Assembly: GCA_002327905.1 (NCBI GenBank)
Contig: DCUY01000067.1
Location: forward strand, 10,764 to 74,763
Length of the DNA: 64,000 bases
DNA from: a candidate division WOR-3 bacterium UBA2202
GTDB taxonomy: Bacteria; Hydrothermota; 32-111
Direction: 5' to 3'
Under the pieces are notes generated by a model that saw only the letters and a list, made by a program, of their open reading frames with translations, was not told where the DNA came from and did not search any database. Below, one piece after another: positions 20,372 through 28,338 of the stretch. How positions within the stretch are numbered: the first letter of the stretch is position 1; each line of letters begins with the position of its first letter. Position numbers and translations under genes: made by a program.

Positions 20372-21962
20372 TTCTTACGGTCTCCAGAGTGCGTTTCAAA
20401 ATTTCATTGTCAGGCTGAAGTTCAAGAGCCTTTTCCCAATAAACCAAAGCATCCTGCTTTTTTCCCTTTCTATAGCGGAGATTTCCGATTTTATACAGTA
20501 TGTCAAAATCCGCTTTTCCGATATTGACTATGTCTTCAAGCACTTGTTCCGCCGCGTCAAAATTCTTTTCATTGAAATAATATTCCACTAAAGCTTTGAA
20601 AGGAACAGGGTCGGAATTTGAAGTCTCGACCGCTTTTTTAAACATACTCTCTGCGGACTCAATTTTTCCGCTTATTGTGTATATTTCTCCTAAATTGTAA
20701 TAAACCTGCCATATTGTATTGTCCTGTTTTATAAGTGAAAAGAGAATATTTGTAGCTTCGCTCACCATTCCGTTTTCAAAATATACAAGCGCAAGAAAAA
20801 ATGATGCGTATTTCAGGTTTTGGTCTATTTTTAACGCCATTTTAATTCTCTCTTCTGCCTCTGAGAAGAGATTCATTTTGAATGAGAGTATTCCATAATT
20901 AGCAAGAATCTTGGCATTCTCAGGTTCGATCTTCAAAGCTCTCTCATAAAATTCATCCGCCCTTTCGTAATTATTCAGCCTCTCATAAGTGAGAGCTATA
21001 TTGTTGAAAAGGGCGATATTTCCGATTCCAAGCTTCAAGAGCTCCTCAAAAGATTGAAGAGCCTTCTCATAGTCTTTCAATCTGAAGTAAATAAGCCCTA
21101 TATAGAAATATGCTTTGATATTGGTTTTGTCTATCTGTATTATATGCCTGAATTCCCGCAGAGCCTCTTCATACATTTCAGTCAGAAGAAATGCAAGCCC
21201 TAAATTGTGGTGCTCCTGCACTTTTGTCTGAATGTCTGTGGACATCTCTATCTGCTTCTCTTCTCCTGAATAAATGTATCCCACTTTCAGAAGAGTGTAT
21301 ATGGCCTTTCCCGTTTCATATCTTCCCAAAACTGATTTGTCAAAGATCTCTCTTATTGAGAGCCTGTTATTTACAAGAGAATAAATGTATCTCTCGTCAT
21401 CCTCCTGAAGAGTCTTCTCATCCTTTATGCTCGTCTTTACCAGAATGGTCTTCTCATTCGGAAGTTCTTTCTCAATTATCGACCACTCATCGATTTTTCT
21501 CGCCTCCTCAAGAAGTATATCATCCGCTTCAAGCTCCACAGTGATGGTTTCGGATACAGGCGGAATATCCGGTTCAAAATTGAAGAACCCGTCTTTCCAT
21601 GTCAGAAGAGTGAATATTGAATCTATTATTTGTTTTTTTATTCTGTCCACCAAAATATCAAGAGTTATGTATCCCATCTCTATAAGAAGGTCTCCAAGCC
21701 TTTTCAGCCCCTTCATCTCCTCTTGAGCCTCCAAAGCCTTCTCCAAATTCTCTTTTGAAATATCTCCGTACTTCACAAGCAGATTGCCAAGCCTCTCTTC
21801 CCTGTTTACTATTGAGCAGTAAATAATCTTTCCGTCCCTGAAGAAAATATCACCAAAATTCTTCTTGTCGGAAACACTCAAAACTCCGGTCTTCCTTCCT
21901 AAAGAAAGCAGTTGAATCACATCAGGAAGAGACGCCTCTTTGAGGTTTCCCCGTATGCTCAT
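20364..21962 (-). CDS. DUF4388-like N-terminal domain fused to a TPR-repeat array
   Basis: The N-terminal ~100 aa (GNLKEASLPDVIQLLSLGRKTGVLSV...GDIFFRDGKIIYCS...ERLGNLLVKYG) fit the DUF4388 pattern. The C-terminal half holds at least seven TPR motifs. Overlaps cheR and the upstream ATPase gene. Confidence 0.55.
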   Translation of the reverse strand: MSIRGNLKEASLPDVIQLLSLGRKTGVLSVSDKKNFGDIFFRDGKIIYCSIVNREERLGNLLVKYGDISKENLEKALEAQEEMKGLKRLGDLLIEMGYITLDILVDRIKKQIIDSIFTLLTWKDGFFNFEPDIPPVSETITVELEADDILLEEARKIDEWSIIEKELPNEKTILVKTSIKDEKTLQEDDERYIYSLVNNRLSIREIFDKSVLGRYETGKAIYTLLKVGYIYSGEEKQIEMSTDIQTKVQEHHNLGLAFLLTEMYEEALREFRHIIQIDKTNIKAYFYIGLIYFRLKDYEKALQSFEELLKLGIGNIALFNNIALTYERLNNYERADEFYERALKIEPENAKILANYGILSFKMNLFSEAEERIKMALKIDQNLKYASFFLALVYFENGMVSEATNILFSLIKQDNTIWQVYYNLGEIYTISGKIESAESMFKKAVETSNSDPVPFKALVEYYFNEKNFDAAEQVLEDIVNIGKADFDILYKIGNLRYRKGKKQDALVYWEKALELQPDNEILKRTLETVRNG

Positions 21963-23633
21963 TTACACCTCAAACTCGACATACAATCTGTCATGTTCGT
22001 TAACCCATTCCTTAATAAGCTTGGAAGTGTCATATTCGCTCTTTTTCCTTGAGGAGATTTTTTTTGATTCTGTCTGAGGAAATACTTTGTTGATTGCTTC
22101 AACTGTCGGTGCGCCGCCGGGAGAAAAAGATGCGAGCTCCGCAAATTTTTCATCAACGCTTGAAAGCGGAGTTTCTATGGCATCAAGCATATAATTCATC
22201 AGAAAATCATTTGTCTGAATACCTGCTCTTGCGAACATACTCTTGTAGACATTTTTTTTGATAAAAAGAGAGGTCGGCTGAATATTGTAGGATTGAAATT
22301 TATTAAGGAAATTCAACAGCTCTCTGTCATCAATGCTGAATTTTCTGTACATTGAAATCACTTTAGGCACATTATTCATAATAATATTTTTTAGGACAAG
22401 CTTGTTGGCTTTATTCTCAAAGAGTAAATCAAAATCATCTATCAAAATTATGCTGAGCTCATCCATATATTTCATGACATATGAATTGTTCACTGCTGAA
22501 TCGATATTGGTTTTGTCCAATAGAATGATTCTCTTATCCGAAAATCTGTTGCAGATGCTGTTTAAGAGATGCGTCTTTCCTGTTCCGTTTGTTCCTGTCA
22601 ATATAACTATTTTATCGGCATTTTCACTATTCAGTATTTCTGTTATTTTGTTGTATGCCGACCTGTTCGTCGCATCCGTTATGAAGGATTCATAATTCAT
22701 CGAAAGCTTTGTACTGCTTCTGAAAACTCTGAGGTATTTAATTTTATCTTTTAAAAATTCTATCTTTTCCCGCAGTTCAACCAGTCTGTCAGGGTCAAAA
22801 AGCATATCCTCTATCTCTCTTGATTCCTTCTTAAACTCCTTGACATTAAGAAGCCCGTATTCCTTATGGAGTTCAACAAGATTCTTCACCTTCTCCGTAT
22901 ATTCGGAGAACTCGCTCTTAATCAATGAAATGTCATTCACATTTATTATATTCTTTAGTCTCTCCACATTGAAGCCCTTCATCTCCCAAATATAGAGTTT
23001 TTCAATATACTCGTCTCTTTTTTCCCCCTCTCTCAGATTTTCCTGCACTCCGGCCTCTCTCTTTACTTCTCTTATAAAATCGGCAAAATCCTTGACCGGA
23101 TTCTCTTCCTTCTTTTCCGGGCTGAAGGTGAGATCAAAAAATTTCCCTGCCATCAGAGTGTTTTTTGTCCTTAAATCTATGGTTATATCCTCCAGACTTT
23201 TCTTTGTAGTGACCAGAAGATATGATGTTGAATGAAGATTGTTGATTATTTCGAGGATTATGTCATGAACAACAGTATTCTTCTCCACCTGCTCAAAATT
23301 TTCTATTATCAAAAGATTTGAATAGAGAAGGAATCTCTTATACTTCATCAAAGCATTGAATTTCATCATCTCAACCATCTCTTTAAGATCAATTCTGAAA
23401 ATATAAAAATCAGGAAATGCATTTGATATTGACTCTGCCATTTTGTCGGCAAATATTTCTCCAGACTGGTCATCAGAACGAACTACAATTACTCTTGAAG
23501 TCAATGTGCCTGTGCTTACTGCATAAGAGAGCTCGGATTTCAGAAAAGCATTTTCCGGAAGTTCAGTGTCGCCGCTGTGCTTCTGTCTGGTTCCGAATGT
23601 CTCCTGAAACTCCTTTATATCATTTTCATTCAT
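21963..23633 (-). CDS. Tandem DnaA/Hda-like AAA+ protein: N-terminal degenerate copy plus C-terminal intact ATPase module
   Basis: C-terminal module has Walker A ILTGTNGTGKTHLLNSICN, Walker B SIILIDDFDLLFENK and a sensor-like stretch, closely resembling the DnaA/Hda AAA+ core. N-terminal residues ~40-170 repeat the layout (FLLYSNLLIIENFEQV...YLLVTTKKSLEDI) but lack a P-loop. TGA/ATG junction with mglA. Confidence 0.5.
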   Translation of the reverse strand: MNENDIKEFQETFGTRQKHSGDTELPENAFLKSELSYAVSTGTLTSRVIVVRSDDQSGEIFADKMAESISNAFPDFYIFRIDLKEMVEMMKFNALMKYKRFLLYSNLLIIENFEQVEKNTVVHDIILEIINNLHSTSYLLVTTKKSLEDITIDLRTKNTLMAGKFFDLTFSPEKKEENPVKDFADFIREVKREAGVQENLREGEKRDEYIEKLYIWEMKGFNVERLKNIINVNDISLIKSEFSEYTEKVKNLVELHKEYGLLNVKEFKKESREIEDMLFDPDRLVELREKIEFLKDKIKYLRVFRSSTKLSMNYESFITDATNRSAYNKITEILNSENADKIVILTGTNGTGKTHLLNSICNRFSDKRIILLDKTNIDSAVNNSYVMKYMDELSIILIDDFDLLFENKANKLVLKNIIMNNVPKVISMYRKFSIDDRELLNFLNKFQSYNIQPTSLFIKKNVYKSMFARAGIQTNDFLMNYMLDAIETPLSSVDEKFAELASFSPGGAPTVEAINKVFPQTESKKISSRKKSEYDTSKLIKEWVNEHDRLYVEFEV

Positions 23634-24232
23634 CTTTTATTATCATACTTCCTTGTCAATTGCTTTATCACCGAAAACATCGCGTCTTTCAATGTCTCAA
23701 TCACCCCGGTTCCCTTTGTTGCAATAGCTTCAAAAGCCTTCCAATCGCTCCTTATCTGAAGAGCGCTCTTAATTACATTTGTGTCAACTGCATTCGGCAG
23801 GTCTCTCTTATTATACTGAATCACCAAAGGCATTGTCTCTATGCTGAATCCGTGCTCCTTAAGATTGATGGCAAGATTTTCAAAAGATTCTATGTTATCC
23901 TCCATTCTATCCGCCTGAGAATCCGCTACAAAGACAACTCCGTCAGCTCCCTGAAGAACAAGTTTTCTTGTAGAGTCGTAATATACCTGTCCGGGAACAG
24001 TATAGAGCTGAAATTTCGCATTGAAATTTCCTATTTTCCCCACATCAAATGGAAGAAAATCAAAGAAGAGCGTCCTGTCCATCTCAGTTGCAAGAGATGT
24101 CATTTCCCCTCTCTTTTCAATTGGAATTTTGCTGAAGATATACTGCAGGTTGGTTGTCTTGCCCGACCTTCCCGGTCCGTAGTAAACAACTTTGCAGATA
24201 ATCTCTTTTTTTGCGTAGTTTACCAATGACAT
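23630..24232 (-). CDS. mglA: MglA-family Ras-like small GTPase
   Basis: Near-collinear with Myxococcus MglA: KVVYYGPGRSGKTTNLQYIF (P-loop), TLFFDFLP (switch I), YTVPGQVYYDSTRKLVLQGADGVVFVADSQ (switch II, with intrinsic Arg and Gln), IQYNKRDLPNA (NKxD). Start set at MSLVNYAKKEI (24232) by alignment to MglA N-termini. The ORF-track start at 24268 is also possible. Confidence 0.9.
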   Translation of the reverse strand: MSLVNYAKKEIICKVVYYGPGRSGKTTNLQYIFSKIPIEKRGEMTSLATEMDRTLFFDFLPFDVGKIGNFNAKFQLYTVPGQVYYDSTRKLVLQGADGVVFVADSQADRMEDNIESFENLAINLKEHGFSIETMPLVIQYNKRDLPNAVDTNVIKSALQIRSDWKAFEAIATKGTGVIETLKDAMFSVIKQLTRKYDNKR

Positions 24233-24239
24233 AATTACC

Positions 24240-25343
24240 TCAATCTCTGAATGTGTTATTGAAAGCATCGCCTTCGTTTGACTCTATTCCTCTCAGTTTC
24301 AGCTTGAATTCGTCAACATTAGTTACTGACTGCAATGCGTCGTCATATGATATTATTCCTGACTTATATAAACGTATAATGGATTGATCAAAAGTGTGCA
24401 TCTGGTACTGCTGACCCTCTTCTATGGCTGACGGAATAAGAAGAGTCTTTATCGGGTCAAGAAGATAATCCTTTATTGTAGGGGTGTTAATCATCACTTC
24501 GGTGGCTGGCACCCTGCCCTTTCCGTCAACTCTCGGAAGAAGCCTCAATGAGAGAACTCCCACAAGAGTGGTCGCCAGCAAAACTCTTATATGTTGCTGT
24601 TGATGAGGAGGATAGAATGAAAGTATTCTGTTTATAGTCTCTGAAGCATTCAAAGTGTGCAGTGTTGACATCACAAGATGTCCCGTGTCAGCCGCTTTGA
24701 TTGCGACATCCATTGTATCCATATCTCGAATCTCTCCCATCAGAATAATGTCCGGATCCTGCCTCAGCACATGCTTTAAGGCATTTTCATAAGAGAATGT
24801 GTCATTTCCCACCTCTCTCTGCGAAATAACGGATTTTTTGTCTCTGAAGAGATACTCAATCGGGTCTTCAATCGTAATGATATTTCTGGCTGCATTTTCA
24901 TTTATGTATTCAATCATTGCCGCAAGAGTTGTTGATTTTCCGCTTCCGGTTGTTCCTGTGGTGAGTATCATTCCTCTCGGCCTCATAACGACCTCTTTTA
25001 ACACCGGAGGCAGATTGAGCTCGTCAATTGTCTTTGCGGATATGGGGATTGTGCGCATTGCAATCGCAACACTTCCCCTCTGAAGATAAACATTGACCCT
25101 GAATCTTGAAAGACCGGCGACTCCTATTGCAAAGTCTATTTCTTTTTTGGCAGTGAATTCATCCTGTTGCTCCTTATTCATAATCTTCAATGCAATCTTC
25201 CGCAATTCATCAGGACTCATCGGCTCGTCTTTTACAATGTTCAGCTTCCCGTCAATTCTAAGAATCGGAGGAGTGCCTGCCTTAAGATGCAGATCTGATG
25301 CTCCGTCCTTAACCATTTTTTCAAGCAATGATTTTAATTCCAT
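24240..25343 (-). CDS. pilT: Type IV pilus retraction ATPase PilT
   Basis: 367 aa. N-terminal GASDLHLKAGTPPILRIDGKL, Walker A GTTGSGKSTTL, Asp box and His box (TLHTLNASETINRIL). PilT-type length, with no long N-terminal domain. Confidence 0.9.
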   Translation of the reverse strand: MELKSLLEKMVKDGASDLHLKAGTPPILRIDGKLNIVKDEPMSPDELRKIALKIMNKEQQDEFTAKKEIDFAIGVAGLSRFRVNVYLQRGSVAIAMRTIPISAKTIDELNLPPVLKEVVMRPRGMILTTGTTGSGKSTTLAAMIEYINENAARNIITIEDPIEYLFRDKKSVISQREVGNDTFSYENALKHVLRQDPDIILMGEIRDMDTMDVAIKAADTGHLVMSTLHTLNASETINRILSFYPPHQQQHIRVLLATTLVGVLSLRLLPRVDGKGRVPATEVMINTPTIKDYLLDPIKTLLIPSAIEEGQQYQMHTFDQSIIRLYKSGIISYDDALQSVTNVDEFKLKLRGIESNEGDAFNNTFRD

Positions 25344-25353
25344 ATTCTCTCCT

Positions 25354-25914
25354 TTAATTTACCCTCTCTACATATTCGCCTGTTCTTGTGTCTATTTTAA
25401 TTTTATCTCCAAGCCCTATAAACAAAGGCACAGTGACTTTAAGTCCGGTTTCACAGACAGCAGGTTTGCTTCCTCCTGAAACAGTGTTTCCCTTTATGCC
25501 AGGTTCAGTCTCTGTTATTTCAAGTTCTACAAAAAACGGAACCTCTATGTCCATAACCCTCTGCTCCACAGAGAGAAGCATTACCTCCATGTTTTCTTTA
25601 AGATAATATTCCTTTCCCTGCAAAGCCGCTTCATCCATTGAAATCTGTTCGTATGTTTCAACATTCATAAAAACATATTCACCCTGCTCCTTGTAAAGAT
25701 ACTGATAAGGATTTCTCTCAAGCCTTATTTCGTCAAGGGATTTTCCAGAATTGAATGTGATTTCCACTACATTGTTGTTTTCAAGATTCCTCACTTTTGT
25801 TCTAACAAATGCACCGCCCTTACCGGGTTTCACATGCTGAAAATCCACGACAAGATACAATTTCCCTTCAACCGTAAATGCAAATCCTTTTCTGATGTCA
25901 GCTGTTGTTGCCAT
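25354..25914 (-). CDS. efp: Elongation factor P
   Basis: 186 aa. KPGKGGAFVRTKVRNL contains the conserved modified-Lys loop. Three OB-like domains. Confidence 0.9.
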   Translation of the reverse strand: MATTADIRKGFAFTVEGKLYLVVDFQHVKPGKGGAFVRTKVRNLENNNVVEITFNSGKSLDEIRLERNPYQYLYKEQGEYVFMNVETYEQISMDEAALQGKEYYLKENMEVMLLSVEQRVMDIEVPFFVELEITETEPGIKGNTVSGGSKPAVCETGLKVTVPLFIGLGDKIKIDTRTGEYVERVN

Positions 25915-25915
25915 C

Positions 25916-27565
25916 TTACCTCCGCTCTTTTTCTTTATCTTTTTCTTTTCTTTGGTTTATTATTTTAACCCAGTCATTGAAACTTGCTTTTGCAATGTAG
26001 GTTTGATCTCTCTTTGTCTCAGGCTTATCCTGTTTTTCGTCATGCTTCTCTTCTTCTCTCTCTTTAACAGTATTGTCTGAAGTCTTTGAATCTTCTTTTT
26101 TTTCTATTAATTTTGAATTTTCTTCTTTCTCTTCAGAAGCATTCTCCTGAACCTCGCTCTTTAAAATCTCGTCTTTCTCATCATCCTTCGTCTCTTCCCT
26201 CTCTGCCTCCTTTGCCTCTTCTTTTTCTATTTTAGAATCTTTTTGATTAAAATCATAATTGACTGCAGGAATCTCCTGCTTGGAAGTTTCGTCAAGTTTA
26301 TCAGCAAAATCGGAAGAAGGAGTTTCTGACATAGCAGTTCTGTCGGCGTATTTCTCCTCTGCGTCTTTGAATTCCTTTACCGTCATATCCTCTGATGACA
26401 GACTCTTATTGAGACGCTCAATGAATTCCGTCCGGCTTTTATTCTTCTTTTGCTCCTCTTCCTTGACAGTGTCAATATTGAATTCCTGTTTTGCTATTTC
26501 TTCATTTAAGAATCTAATCTTCTCTGCGTATTCCTCGCTCTCCGGATTATGTCTTAATAGCATTTGATATATCTCTATTGCCTTCTCGTATTTCTTCTGT
26601 TGAATATAAATCAATGCCATCTCTTTTGAATAAAAGAGCACTTTCTGCTTTCCCGGAAGGTCAAAAGGCACTACGGGTTTACCGCTGTCTGCCTCTTCCT
26701 TTTTCTTTGGTTTCGATATGTTGAAGTCCACTGAAGGATTTATGTACTTTGATTCATCAAGCATCTCTGTCTTTGATTCTTCTTTTGAGTCTTCCTTCAT
26801 CTTTTCTTTGGCTGTCTCTTTGATTTTCTCGGTGGATTCTTTTTTTTCTGCGGTCTTTTCTTCAGCAGTATGCTTCTCGGGGACCTTATTCTCTTTTGCT
26901 TCATCAGGTTTTGATTCTTTCGGATGTGATTCTTTTTCCTGTTTATTCTCTTTTTCCGCCTCTTTTATTTCAGATTCCTTTTTATCAGAATCGTCATCAA
27001 ATGTAATGAGGCTTGAGGAGTGCTGTATTATAAAATCATCAATATCGCGCCTCTCCTCTTTTGCGCTTTTAGGTTTATCATTCTCTTCTTCCTCCTTCTT
27101 CTTTTTCTTCAATTCCTCGCTTCTCTTTCTCTCCTTCTCCTGCTCATCAAGACGGCTCTTAAGAATTTTAACTTCCCTCTTTGCATTATCATTTGAAGGA
27201 TCAAGAAATAAAACATTATCGTAAAGTTTGTATGACTCTTCGAGATTTCCCTGGGTTTTTTTTATCTCCGCCAGAGAGAGAACGGCAGGAAGATTCTGAG
27301 GGTCCTTTGATATGACCTTTTCAAAAAGCTTTGAGGATTCATTGAAATTTCTTTTCTCTTTATAAGCCTTTGCCATAATAAGAAGAGCGGATAGATTGTC
27401 CGGAGCATACCTTAGCCCTTCCTTTATAACTTCAATGGTCTCATCTATCATTTCAAGTTTCAGATAGATATTGCCCAGTTTAATAAAAGCTTTGGACTTC
27501 GGATTCTTGGCAATCTCTTCCAATAATTCCTTAATCTCTTGTTCGAAACTGTTATATGAAGCCAA
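25916..27565 (-). CDS. TPR protein with long Lys/Glu-rich disordered regions
   Basis: N-terminal TPRs (LGNIYLKLEMIDETIEVIKEGLRYAPDN...). About 150 aa of K/E/D low complexity, then an internal TPR (ALIYIQQKKYEKAIEIYQMLLRHNPES), then another K/E-rich tail. No signal peptide. First gene of the long minus-strand operon. Confidence 0.6.
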   Translation of the reverse strand: MASYNSFEQEIKELLEEIAKNPKSKAFIKLGNIYLKLEMIDETIEVIKEGLRYAPDNLSALLIMAKAYKEKRNFNESSKLFEKVISKDPQNLPAVLSLAEIKKTQGNLEESYKLYDNVLFLDPSNDNAKREVKILKSRLDEQEKERKRSEELKKKKKEEEENDKPKSAKEERRDIDDFIIQHSSSLITFDDDSDKKESEIKEAEKENKQEKESHPKESKPDEAKENKVPEKHTAEEKTAEKKESTEKIKETAKEKMKEDSKEESKTEMLDESKYINPSVDFNISKPKKKEEADSGKPVVPFDLPGKQKVLFYSKEMALIYIQQKKYEKAIEIYQMLLRHNPESEEYAEKIRFLNEEIAKQEFNIDTVKEEEQKKNKSRTEFIERLNKSLSSEDMTVKEFKDAEEKYADRTAMSETPSSDFADKLDETSKQEIPAVNYDFNQKDSKIEKEEAKEAEREETKDDEKDEILKSEVQENASEEKEENSKLIEKKEDSKTSDNTVKEREEEKHDEKQDKPETKRDQTYIAKASFNDWVKIINQRKEKDKEKERR

Positions 27566-27601
27566 TATGCCTCCTGAGGTGTTTATAAGACATAATACTT
27601 T

Positions 27602-27630
27602 ATTATAATTAATTTTTTTTATAGTGTCAA
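27602..27630 (-). promoter_or_regulatory. Sigma-70-like promoter (TTGACA-17-TATAAT) for the long minus-strand operon
   Basis: The reverse complement reads TTGACA CTATAAAAAAAATTAAT TATAAT. The -10 element ends about 36 nt upstream of the ATG at 27565. Confidence 0.45.
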
Positions 27631-27711
27631 TAAGATAAAATAAGGTTATTTGTTGACAATTTTCATAAAAAAAACTTTTTTTTGATATTTTATATGCCGA
27701 AAAAACGGATT

Positions 27712-28338
27712 TTACAGCATTCCACCGATTATCACTTCAGGCACATGAGCCGAAACAGGCATCTCCAGCAGGTCTTGAACCACTCCGGCAATTGTTTTGA
27801 GAGGAACTGTCTTAAAAGATCCGGGACATACAATCGTACTGCAGATTCCTTTCGCCTTCCATTCCGAATTTATACTCTGGGTCAAACCCCTTAAAGCGAA
27901 CTTTGTCATGGAATATATTGATTTATTCGGAGCTCCTGTTATTGAACGGGTCGAACCAATATTGACAATGTATCCTGGTCTTCTTATAAGTTCAATCCCC
28001 TTTTGAGTCATAATAAAAGTGGCTTTTATATTAATATCAATAATTTTATTTACTTCATCTTCGGAATATTCCGTTATCTCTTTGAATTCTCCCACAATTC
28101 CTGCATTGTTTATAAGAACATCAAATCCGCCCCATTTCTTCATGATTCTGTCATAAAAGGACTCTATGTCTTTGGTCTTTGTGATATCTCCTTTGAATAA
28201 AAGAAGCCTTTCTTTCTCATCCGGTTTTAAGGTTCTGCTTATTCCTGCTACAGAGTATGAATCATTTTCTGAAAAATTCTGCAGAAGAGCAAGACCCAAT
28301 CCGTATGAAACTCCTGTTATTACTACAACTTTACTCAT
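27712..28338 (-). CDS. Short-chain dehydrogenase/reductase (SDR) family oxidoreductase
   Basis: VVVITGVSYGLGLAL Rossmann motif, NNAG, and the catalytic S...Y...K pattern (YSMTKFAL). Confidence 0.8.
   Translation of the reverse strand: MSKVVVITGVSYGLGLALLQNFSENDSYSVAGISRTLKPDEKERLLLFKGDITKTKDIESFYDRIMKKWGGFDVLINNAGIVGEFKEITEYSEDEVNKIIDINIKATFIMTQKGIELIRRPGYIVNIGSTRSITGAPNKSIYSMTKFALRGLTQSINSEWKAKGICSTIVCPGSFKTVPLKTIAGVVQDLLEMPVSAHVPEVIIGGML

Noticed and set aside
21963-23633. Considered whether the P-loop protein is an IstB/DnaC-type transposition helper, implying an IS element
   Set aside because: There is no adjacent transposase. The gene is translationally coupled on both sides to mglA and the DUF4388-TPR gene, and it has a 300-aa N-terminal extension atypical of IstB.
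26100-27250. Repetitive A/G-rich DNA that looks like a tandem repeat region
   Set aside because: It is the coding sequence for the Lys/Glu-rich low-complexity segments of the 549-aa TPR protein. The reading frame is maintained and the DNA copies are not exact.
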